Below are positions 19,711 through 28,365 of a DNA stretch of 64,000 nucleotides, one piece after another. The DNA is from a virus. The stretch is taken from positions 1 through 64,000 of IMG/VR virus record IMGVR_UViG_3300007523_000008. One strand, 5' to 3'. A program made the translations under genes and the position numbers. The number at the start of each line of letters is the position of its first letter. The first letter of the stretch is position 1. The notes under the pieces were generated by a model. It was not told the DNA's origin and ran no database searches. It was given only the letters and a program-made list of their open reading frames with translations.

Positions 19711-22524
19711 TTACTCTGCTTTGTCATCCCCAAGGAGATTCGACTCATCCAGTATAGACTTTTTCTCAGTAATTACCTGTTTTTCTTTCTTACCAAACTT
19801 AATACCCAAAGTAGCTTTCAACCTCTTCAACTCTTCATCGAGGGATAGTGGAGAACCACCCCGGAAGGTATGTTTTAGTGGATTTGATGTAGTTTTTGCC
19901 TTATTTTCCATACTACCGAGGGGATCTTCCCCACGATTTTTAACCTGTCGGGTAGAATATTTTTCTTTGTTTCCCGTTTGGTCCCGGTCCTTATCTTCTT
20001 CAATTGGAGGCGCATCTTTTTCTTCAACGGTTTCTGTTAAATCCGGTAAACCAGCGCCAGCTTCTTCTGGTGGACTATCCGGCGGTGTTGCCGGTTCTAA
20101 GTCTGAACCGGTTGGTTCATCCACACCGACGTCTTCGATACCTCCGTCGGCATCAACGGCTTGATTGCTCTTCATTGGGTCATTGCCCTCTTCTTCAATC
20201 TGCTGCATTCTCCAAAAGGCTTTCTGGTCATCGATGACTTCACTCTGTATCTGTTCGACGTCAGTTTCCGACATATTAAAGACGTTGTGGTATACCCAAG
20301 CCCGACTAAATAATTTTGCCTCTATCATATCCTTAGATACATTCAATTTATCTTGCCAAATTGCAATCTTCTCCTGTTCAAAGATTGTAGAGGGATTTGT
20401 TAGTTCTAACGTAAAGTCAACCAAACTAGCATCTGTATATCCTTGAATATACAAGTGGACAACTGCTATCTTACTCAACTCCGAAACAATAATTCGTTGT
20501 AATCTAGCAATTGTACGAGAAAAGCGAACATCTTCCGCGGCGAGGGTAGCTTTGCCGGAAATGCCTTCTTCGTATCCCAAGAAAGCCTTCGGAATTTTGA
20601 GTGCAGCCATCATCTTGTTGCGGACATACTCAATATCTTCCGTGCCTGTAAATTCCATACCTGGAAGTGTATCGATTGAAGTTCCACTATCACCGCCACG
20701 GACTGGCAGATAGAAGTCCTCAACCATATTATTTAAGTTAAAGCGTAGATTGTAATCACCCGTTCTCTCGTCAAGATACGGAACCTTTTTAATTTGGTTC
20801 ATAATCTTCTGCATAAATCCGTCAATTTCATTTGGCGGAATATTTCCAACGTCAATCTTAAAGATACGTTTTTCAGGAGCACGCATGATGCGGTGAATCA
20901 ACATGGCATCTTCCATCAAACTTAACTGTTTCCACACACGACGAGCTCCCTCTAACATAGACTTTCCATACGGAAGAAAGTTACTATCTGAAATAAGTCT
21001 GAAGTGTGCGATTTCGAAATTTTCATATTCTGAGCCGCCACTCAGACCATCGTGCTGATACTTAACGTAATTGATATTTGTTGGGTCTGACCCTTCAATG
21101 CGGGTTATTTCGTAAGCACTAAGCGGCCTAACGGTATACACGCCATACTCAGGTGATAGCTCCAACTTGAGGAAAAAATCACCATATTTACAATTTTTTA
21201 CGAATACGCCACTATCATAGTTGACTGTCCCGTTTGAATTTTTTCCACATATAGGGAAATTGTGACGGTCAGTTTCACCATTCGGACCAACCACTGTCAT
21301 GCAATACATGTCGGCCGATTCGGAGATTGTTTCTATCGAAGAAACCTTATGATTGGTTAGACTTTTAACGGGTATTCTTTTGAACTTTCTGGTGTTTATA
21401 GAATTCCACTCTACCATGAAAACATCGTTTTTTTGAAGAGTTGAGACAATTTCATCTTTTGGAATGTTGGAATGGAAGTCAAATATCTCTGACAGTTTAG
21501 AGTTCCACTTCAACTTCATATTTTCTTGAGCTCGCTCTCTTCTAACCGGGTCATTCCACATTTCTTTCTTTCCATTTGACCTAATCGAATTATGCTTGGA
21601 GTGTAGTTGGGAATTGTTATATTTATCAAAATCTTTGTGGTGAATGACCTTACCAACATCCCCGGTTTTAATTCCGAGTTCTTTTGCAACAATTCGGTGC
21701 GAAAATTCATATCCGTCTACACTTGGGTCGTACACCGTCTCATATTTGTCGAGGGAATTTTTCGAACACTTTTCACTCAGTTTTCTATAAAATGGCATTA
21801 AACTGTCACCCAAGTTTAGTTGGTCGGCCCTCTTGTCGTGGCCGTCACGTAACAAAAATGGGTGTTCTGGTGCAGTTTCTACAAATCCACCATCATCAAA
21901 TGTTACCCTGGTCGTCGTATTTGACGTATAGTTTTTATCGCACCACGTCACCTTGCCCGGAACAACTTTGTTAGTTTTATCTTGAATGGAATGAACCCAC
22001 ACCTCTTCCCCGGACTTTACTTTATTAGATAGCTCCTCAATTGAAATATTCTCACCGTTTAGAAGCGGAATTACAGAATCATACTTTACTGGCATGTTCC
22101 GTGTCCACGACCAAAGATTAAACTCAATGTTCATAATGTCATAGAAAAGATTCTCCAGAATCTTCTTAATACTTTCATCCTTGGAATTGATGGTTAGAAC
22201 ATTGCCGAACTCAGAAGGGACCAAACATTCATCAGCGTAGATATCTAAAGCACTACTTAAAATTGGATCCATGTCCATAACATCATAATCACGAAACAGC
22301 TCCAATCGAGCTGATTGATATGACAACGACATGTCTCGGTTGTGTAGGTTGTAGGTCGAACTACGCAGCCGGTTGAACCTGTCTCTCAGACTGTTCTTGT
22401 CGGTAGCGTACTGAACCGCGTCGGTGTCGATTACTTTGAGTTTCTTGCCGCCAACATTACGAACGATAACATCCGTCGAAAACAGTTTCTTTAATCTTGT
22501 GAATAGGTCTTTTTGTTCTGCCAT
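19711..22524 (-). CDS. gp20: Portal protein, T4 gp20-like, containing an intein
   Basis: SSALDIYADE, C/KYGDFF, PYGKSMLEGARRVWKQLSLMEDAMLIHRIMRAPEKRIFKIDVGN, EDFYLPVRG, ALKIPK. Confidence 0.95.
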   Translation of the reverse strand: MAEQKDLFTRLKKLFSTDVIVRNVGGKKLKVIDTDAVQYATDKNSLRDRFNRLRSSTYNLHNRDMSLSYQSARLELFRDYDVMDMDPILSSALDIYADECLVPSEFGNVLTINSKDESIKKILENLFYDIMNIEFNLWSWTRNMPVKYDSVIPLLNGENISIEELSNKVKSGEEVWVHSIQDKTNKVVPGKVTWCDKNYTSNTTTRVTFDDGGFVETAPEHPFLLRDGHDKRADQLNLGDSLMPFYRKLSEKCSKNSLDKYETVYDPSVDGYEFSHRIVAKELGIKTGDVGKVIHHKDFDKYNNSQLHSKHNSIRSNGKKEMWNDPVRRERAQENMKLKWNSKLSEIFDFHSNIPKDEIVSTLQKNDVFMVEWNSINTRKFKRIPVKSLTNHKVSSIETISESADMYCMTVVGPNGETDRHNFPICGKNSNGTVNYDSGVFVKNCKYGDFFLKLELSPEYGVYTVRPLSAYEITRIEGSDPTNINYVKYQHDGLSGGSEYENFEIAHFRLISDSNFLPYGKSMLEGARRVWKQLSLMEDAMLIHRIMRAPEKRIFKIDVGNIPPNEIDGFMQKIMNQIKKVPYLDERTGDYNLRFNLNNMVEDFYLPVRGGDSGTSIDTLPGMEFTGTEDIEYVRNKMMAALKIPKAFLGYEEGISGKATLAAEDVRFSRTIARLQRIIVSELSKIAVVHLYIQGYTDASLVDFTLELTNPSTIFEQEKIAIWQDKLNVSKDMIEAKLFSRAWVYHNVFNMSETDVEQIQSEVIDDQKAFWRMQQIEEEGNDPMKSNQAVDADGGIEDVGVDEPTGSDLEPATPPDSPPEEAGAGLPDLTETVEEKDAPPIEEDKDRDQTGNKEKYSTRQVKNRGEDPLGSMENKAKTTSNPLKHTFRGGSPLSLDEELKRLKATLGIKFGKKEKQVITEKKSILDESNLLGDDKAE
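21193..22092 (-). mobile_element. 300-aa intein in the portal (Pro1, Cys at F4, ending KN/C) with an eroded HNH domain
   Basis: Interrupts WTRNM|CKYGDF. Block A PVKYDSVIPLLNG, block B ETAPEHPFLLRDG, block F DMYCMTV...HNF, end GVFVKN; HNH remnant SHRIVA...VIHHKDFDKYNN. Confidence 0.9.
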
Positions 22525-22583
22525 AAGCGTATAAGGATATATATGAATCCGTTATCTATAAATATTGTCTTAGACTTGTTTTA

Positions 22584-24221
22584 TCAGAGGAGCCAACGCA
22601 AATCTTCTCTATTACGATCTGATGTGCCCATCTTCATTGTCCATGGGTCATTGGCGACCCCATATGGATTACTCTGTATAATTGCTGTACGTGTCTGCAC
22701 GCGTTGTGCCTCAGCGGCGGAGTTTGAACCAATCTTACCTAAGAGTATTTTGGTCACGTTATCTCTCTCTGTTCGTAATCTCAAGGCTACATCCCGAATC
22801 CACATAGCTATTCCAGCCGCCATAACTAAGTCGTCATTGTAACCACTCATGGCTTCAGCTCGGGAAGAAACTCCCACAGACTTCCAAATGAATACCTTCA
22901 ACTCATCAATTAATCTACTCGATCGTATAATAAATTCTTTATTTCGAATGTAACTTTCCAATTTAGAAATAACTAAAGGTCGTGTTTTTGAAGAAGTTGT
23001 AAACCCTGGTTTGAGTTTTTTCTCTTCGCTATTTATTTTATTGGTCATCTGACTTTCTGTATCAACGTACTGTAAATCAGCCGAACTGTAGAATAGATTT
23101 GGGTATAGTTTGTCTATAATTTCTTGAATAACCGCCCAACCGATGTTTGCGTTTTCAACAACAACTAGGCCCATATTATATTCTGTTCCGATTGCCATGA
23201 GTGACCGGGCATAGTCCTTCGTCGGCAATTTACCCTTGTATTCAGCAACCTGCTCCATTGATTCGATGTCTATAACCTGCGCTCCCGAAAAGTCAGACGC
23301 ATCACCACGACCTACGTCACCGACAATCATATATGATTTCCCATCTTCGGGGTACTTCCAAATCCAATAACCGTGGTCCGCACCCCGCATCTCAATTGGC
23401 GGAATTACGTAGTTTTCTGTGTACCAATCTAATATTCCAATTTCAACAACGGTATTACCAGACGTACTGAATTCGCAATCACATTCTTGAGCCGCACCAC
23501 GTTCACCAAGTAGTTTGGTTTGGTTATCTCTCCACGCTTGGTCACGATCTGGATGAAGGTACCATGGTAGATTTACACGAACAAACTTATTTCCGGGAGA
23601 TTCCATCCAAGTTTTGTGAAAGAAGTTACCCACACCATTTGGGGTCGATAATATAATAGCTTTACCACCGGTAGACAATGTAGACTGTGCCGACAACCAA
23701 ATAGCTTCTACTCCGTCGATGAACGCAGCCTCGTCAATGATGAGCAGAGATACTGCCGCTGAACGGCCGGAATTGCTAGCCGATGACACCGCCCTAATCT
23801 GCGAACCGTTTGTTAATCTCAAAGACAGTTGATTATTTGTTTCTTCTTTTACCTTTAACCATGAGGGCAAATTATCATTAGCAAAACGAACCTTTGTAAC
23901 AATTGCCTTGGAAGTTTCCTGAGTAATCGACAGACATAGAATTTCCTTGTCAGTGTGAAACGTCATTAACCACAACGAATATGCTGCAACTAGTGTTGAA
24001 ATGCCCATCTGACGAGACTTCAGAACGGCCGTCAGCGTATTTTTCTGAAACGTATTTAGAGCTTCATCTTGAAATTCATAAGTCAAGAGAGGCAACGTCC
24101 CACGAGTAGGGTGTTGAATTTTGACATACTTCTTCATGAAGTATATGGCGTCGGATGCACATTTAACGTACTCCGACCTCATTATGTCCCTAAGATTCTT
24201 TGTGGTTGTCTCAGCCATCAA
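22584..24221 (-). CDS. terL: Terminase large subunit, T4 gp17-like
   Basis: LKSRQMGIST (Walker A), LLIIDEAAF (Walker B), LSTPNG, QECDCEF, GDVGRG...DFS, VVENAN, NDDLVMA. Confidence 0.97.
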   Translation of the reverse strand: MMAETTTKNLRDIMRSEYVKCASDAIYFMKKYVKIQHPTRGTLPLLTYEFQDEALNTFQKNTLTAVLKSRQMGISTLVAAYSLWLMTFHTDKEILCLSITQETSKAIVTKVRFANDNLPSWLKVKEETNNQLSLRLTNGSQIRAVSSASNSGRSAAVSLLIIDEAAFIDGVEAIWLSAQSTLSTGGKAIILSTPNGVGNFFHKTWMESPGNKFVRVNLPWYLHPDRDQAWRDNQTKLLGERGAAQECDCEFSTSGNTVVEIGILDWYTENYVIPPIEMRGADHGYWIWKYPEDGKSYMIVGDVGRGDASDFSGAQVIDIESMEQVAEYKGKLPTKDYARSLMAIGTEYNMGLVVVENANIGWAVIQEIIDKLYPNLFYSSADLQYVDTESQMTNKINSEEKKLKPGFTTSSKTRPLVISKLESYIRNKEFIIRSSRLIDELKVFIWKSVGVSSRAEAMSGYNDDLVMAAGIAMWIRDVALRLRTERDNVTKILLGKIGSNSAAEAQRVQTRTAIIQSNPYGVANDPWTMKMGTSDRNREDLRWLL

Positions 24222-24226
24222 ATACC

Positions 24227-24847
24227 TTAAGCCACAGATTTCAAGTCAGCATCAAGCTTTGCAATTTCTTTATCGAGCCGCCCGATTTCTTTTAGGCACT
24301 TGACGTGATCTTTTTTCAGCGATTTTAGCAATTCATCTCTACGGTTATCTTCCCACTCTTCAACCAGACCATTTGAATTCACAAATGTCAAAACATGTGT
24401 TTTCTTTGTATAATCCAATCCGTCCTTCACTTTGGCTTTAATGTCCATGATGTATGAGCGTTCGTTCTCATATAATTTTTTCTGCTCATAGACGGACCAT
24501 TTGCCTTTAATTCTAATTTGAGTTTCGTAGTCTGTAAGACAGTCGAGACACATGCCCGTTTTAACAAACATCTTTGAATCTTGCTTCGAGCCCCATTTGA
24601 TGTCTTTTTTACACGTGTTACACTTAACGTTGATTTCGGTGCTAATCATGTCCATCAGTGGAGTATGGCTGGCCTTTCCGTATTCTTTCTGTACCCATGA
24701 CTTACCTCGTGTGTCGGTCCATACCTCACCGACTTTCCGCTTAGTCATATCCTCAGTTTCTTTATAACCAACTTGTACAAATGGTCTGTCGCCAGCCTGA
24801 TAGGCCCGAACGATATCCATGTTTGATGTGTGTTTTCCGCGTTTCAT
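24227..24847 (-). CDS. Hypothetical protein with CxxC pairs, upstream of the terminase
   Basis: KVGEVWTD, CNTC, CLDC, and a C-terminal coiled coil. Confidence 0.7.
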   Translation of the reverse strand: MKRGKHTSNMDIVRAYQAGDRPFVQVGYKETEDMTKRKVGEVWTDTRGKSWVQKEYGKASHTPLMDMISTEINVKCNTCKKDIKWGSKQDSKMFVKTGMCLDCLTDYETQIRIKGKWSVYEQKKLYENERSYIMDIKAKVKDGLDYTKKTHVLTFVNSNGLVEEWEDNRRDELLKSLKKDHVKCLKEIGRLDKEIAKLDADLKSVA

Positions 24848-24912
24848 GTCTATATATACGGATTATAAAAAATTTTCGGTGATATTATGAAAGAAGAATT
24901 CTTCTTTTATCC

Positions 24913-27792
24913 TTATATCGAGATACCCAATATTTTTTGAATAGGAGCTTTAATAGCATCAATCTCAGCTTGGCTAATTGCTTCTCCGGAAATTGCTTCG
25001 GTGAATCTTTCTATAGCCAACAGTTGAATTTTTCTAGGTAGATATTTCTTAGCATTTGCCAGCAGTCCGGTAAAACTTCTAAAATTTTTCAGCTCCTCTG
25101 ATGTGGGAGTTGTGTCAAACAGTATTTCAAAAGCTTTTTTCAAATCTGTGATTCTTTCTTGCCCTTCTTCTTTAGCTTCAACAAATCTATATGCGGGGTA
25201 CACCTTACCATCAACAGATACATTTTTTACAAACTTATATGCCGGTCGAAGCCCGGGCATTCCTCCTCCGGTATTAAGCGTGTATCTTGATGGAACCGAA
25301 TCTCCTTTATTCTTAGCAACAAAACTCAAAGGGATAACTGGAGAATCGCTTGGGTCATCCAATACCTTTTGAACCTTACTCGGCTTCAACACTAAAACAT
25401 TACCCAGGCTAGTTGCTGCTCTAGCCAACGATCTAAGGAATAATGCTCCAGCCATTCCTTTTATACCAACTTCCAAGTCTGAATATGGTGAGTCTTTTGT
25501 AAACTTTGTCCATTCCGAAGGTTTCTCATATCCAGCAGAATCTTGAGTCATATCATCGCCCTCGAAATCAACTTGTACGATTTGATGTTTTGGTTTATAG
25601 TAAAATAGTGTAATAACTTGGTCGGGAATAGAATTGAAACTCTTGGTTCTTCCAACATAATAAAAATTTGGAGTTATCATGGTTTTAGAAGTCAGAGTCC
25701 ATTGAATCTGATTATCATCTATACCATCCAAAAATGTTTTGAGTTCATCCAACTTCGTTTTCGGGATGATGATGTCGATATCACCAAACTCTTTTTTATA
25801 CTTACTGATAAAAGGCCTTGTCTCCGGATTCATAAGATGCTGTGAGCTTCCGTTGAAAATATAACCGTCGTCAATGTATGGATTATTGTCTTTCCAAAAT
25901 CTGACCTTTTTATTTAAGGCTTGGGCAAGAGATTTCACATCCTTGGAGACAGAGTTTGCGATGTCATTACCCGCGTCGTCAACTATTTTTAGTTTGGTCG
26001 TGGCTTGGGCTGGTCCTCCGTCAAAGGTTTTTGGTGTCTTCGAATCGACAGCAGCTACACTTTGACCTGACTCAAGTAATAGTGTGTTCCGAAAGACTAC
26101 TTCTATAAGTTCATTCACCAGTGATGCATATGGATTTGACTCTTTCAATTCCGGTTTATTTTTCATAAGCGTGTCCCATATTTCTTCTTTTTCAGATTGG
26201 CTTACCGGTGGTAGATATTTTAAAAATGATTCTTTGTCTCCGGTTTGTAAAAATTCTCGCATCCTGGTTCCACTGATATTCACCGTGGACGATCTCTCCA
26301 CACCAACTTTATTTATTTTCCCAGTCTTTAAAAGTTCTGGAAATTTATTCAAATCTTCATCTTTAAAATTAGCCTCCACATCATCCTTGTCCGAATAAAG
26401 ATTTACAGTTGGAACATTAGAACCATCCTTGGTGAGCGACTGTTCTAACCAGCCCAACTCATGAACAACGGATCGTACAGGTGAATCGACAAATTTTACT
26501 TTAACATTCTTTGGAAGATATGGGATGAAGATATCACTCCACAATTTGATAAAGTCCTCTCCCTTTATTGGAAACTGATTTCTCTCAATTCGACTCTTAG
26601 ATGTAGTATAGACTACAACCCGATCATTCTCTTTGGCGGCTCTCTCTATCAGTCTCCAGTGTCCAAGGTGTAATGGTTTTCCGGCGATTGGAATCAAACC
26701 AAGAGTCGTTGATTTTTCTCCAAGAAGGTTTTTCTTAGATACAACCAATCGCACCGTATCGTGAATGTCGTCTTTTATCTGACGAATATCCTTTTTTCCA
26801 TTCGCAATTTCTAACAGTATATCAAAAAACTTTTCGAGTCGAGCTTCATTTTTAACCACGTAAGAATTAACATCCGAAATAATATCCTCTTCTGATTTTC
26901 CCTCGACTCCAATCTGAGAAATAACCTTCTGGATTAAACTGCGTATTTGTTGATAGTAGTCAGTTGCAAGGTCGGGGTCTAATCTATACATAGATTTTTT
27001 AGCATCACGTGTCTCTGCGTCGTATTGGTCGGATTGAACTAGTTTGAAGAAGGTGCCATTGTCGAATTTTAAGACAACACCCTCGGTAACTCCACCCAAG
27101 GACGAAGGCACAGATAACATAGCTTCCGAAAATTTTGATATAACATCAATTGGATTATTCCAGTCTACATTTGTCAATTTCGAAGACACCAGTGGATTTT
27201 TCATCAAACTTTCCTTAGTCAGATTTCCATCATGGAAGACTGGAAATGACGCAATTTTCAAGGACTCAGCCATACTTTTTACTTTATCATAATCTGTAAT
27301 TTCGGTCTTTGCTTGCGTATGTAACGTTCCTTGAATAATTCGATAATCGACTGGACCATAACTTCGTAAAAACATACCACCCTTATTTTCATATGTTCTG
27401 GTAAGGGTATCTTTGTTTTGTGCAAATTCTATACTAAATTCTGTAGATAGTGGAATAGAATTTATTTTGTTGTTAATTTTTTTCAGATGATCAAAAATAA
27501 TGGAGTATTGGCCGATTCCAACTGAAGTTGTTGAGATGTCCGATTTCTCTTTGTCATTCAGGTGTGCGAATTCTTTTGCAGAAAGTATAGCTCCCTTGTA
27601 TGATACTATCCAATTCTTAGTATAGTCTGGGTCAGCTGCCCGATTTGTTCTAACCAAAGTAAGCTTTGTCCCATCCACCTTTTCGGTGATGACAACATGT
27701 TGGTGAATTATTTCGCTGGCTCGTTTTAGTCTCAAAGATTCTGTCTTTGGATCAAATATATAATTTTTTAAATTTTTAATGGAAATGTCCAT
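24913..27792 (-). CDS. Three-domain nucleotidyltransferase (ligase-like KxDG + HIGH cytidylyl/NMN-transferase + Pol-beta-like NTase)
   Basis: ITEKVDG...EGVV...FKLV; AGKPLHLGH...ISGTRMR; FNGSS...FGDIDIII...VQVDF. Confidence 0.75.
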   Translation of the reverse strand: MDISIKNLKNYIFDPKTESLRLKRASEIIHQHVVITEKVDGTKLTLVRTNRAADPDYTKNWIVSYKGAILSAKEFAHLNDKEKSDISTTSVGIGQYSIIFDHLKKINNKINSIPLSTEFSIEFAQNKDTLTRTYENKGGMFLRSYGPVDYRIIQGTLHTQAKTEITDYDKVKSMAESLKIASFPVFHDGNLTKESLMKNPLVSSKLTNVDWNNPIDVISKFSEAMLSVPSSLGGVTEGVVLKFDNGTFFKLVQSDQYDAETRDAKKSMYRLDPDLATDYYQQIRSLIQKVISQIGVEGKSEEDIISDVNSYVVKNEARLEKFFDILLEIANGKKDIRQIKDDIHDTVRLVVSKKNLLGEKSTTLGLIPIAGKPLHLGHWRLIERAAKENDRVVVYTTSKSRIERNQFPIKGEDFIKLWSDIFIPYLPKNVKVKFVDSPVRSVVHELGWLEQSLTKDGSNVPTVNLYSDKDDVEANFKDEDLNKFPELLKTGKINKVGVERSSTVNISGTRMREFLQTGDKESFLKYLPPVSQSEKEEIWDTLMKNKPELKESNPYASLVNELIEVVFRNTLLLESGQSVAAVDSKTPKTFDGGPAQATTKLKIVDDAGNDIANSVSKDVKSLAQALNKKVRFWKDNNPYIDDGYIFNGSSQHLMNPETRPFISKYKKEFGDIDIIIPKTKLDELKTFLDGIDDNQIQWTLTSKTMITPNFYYVGRTKSFNSIPDQVITLFYYKPKHQIVQVDFEGDDMTQDSAGYEKPSEWTKFTKDSPYSDLEVGIKGMAGALFLRSLARAATSLGNVLVLKPSKVQKVLDDPSDSPVIPLSFVAKNKGDSVPSRYTLNTGGGMPGLRPAYKFVKNVSVDGKVYPAYRFVEAKEEGQERITDLKKAFEILFDTTPTSEELKNFRSFTGLLANAKKYLPRKIQLLAIERFTEAISGEAISQAEIDAIKAPIQKILGISI

Positions 27793-27819
27793 GACTATAA
27801 GTATATACGAAAAGACTAT

Positions 27820-28365
27820 TTAACACGACGAATCTTGGTATGCTGGGGCACTTCCGCCGTTTGGCGGATCGCTATCCAACGCACAAGATGATTGACCCCA
27901 GTAAGCATCATTACCACCATAATAATCGATGGCTGAGTCTGAACCACCGATGCACTTTGTCCAAATCATATAAATTGTGCCGCCAGAGTCGTAGTACAAA
28001 TCCCAATAGTGACATGCTGGTGCAGGAGTTGGTGTTGGTGTTGGTGTCGGCGTCGGTTGCCCGGTTGGAAATGGTGTTGCGGTAGGTAACGGTGTAGATG
28101 TTGGTGCTGGTGTTGGGGTTAGTGTTGGTGCTGGTGTTGCTGTCGGCGGAGTATACCCAGAAGACCGGAACAAATATCTCAAGTCTGTTCCATCAGCATA
28201 ATAATTCGTGTCATAATCTATCTGATCTCCTCCCGCGGTTTTTTCCCAAGAGTTTGATACATCGGTGCCACCAATCTTAAACCCCACATCCGCACGCTTT
28301 GCTGATGTCCTAGTAACAAATATAGCTGCTAAATTAGAACCGGCAACTTTGTATTCATTAGCCAT
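27820..28365 (-). CDS. Small tail-tip / adhesin-like protein with a (PT)n linker
   Basis: Repeated G-[ST]-[DN]-[LV] N-terminal units, a PTPTP linker and a Cys/Trp/Tyr-rich C-terminal domain; coupled to the large fibre gene. Confidence 0.6.
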   Translation of the reverse strand: MANEYKVAGSNLAAIFVTRTSAKRADVGFKIGGTDVSNSWEKTAGGDQIDYDTNYYADGTDLRYLFRSSGYTPPTATPAPTLTPTPAPTSTPLPTATPFPTGQPTPTPTPTPTPAPACHYWDLYYDSGGTIYMIWTKCIGGSDSAIDYYGGNDAYWGQSSCALDSDPPNGGSAPAYQDSSC

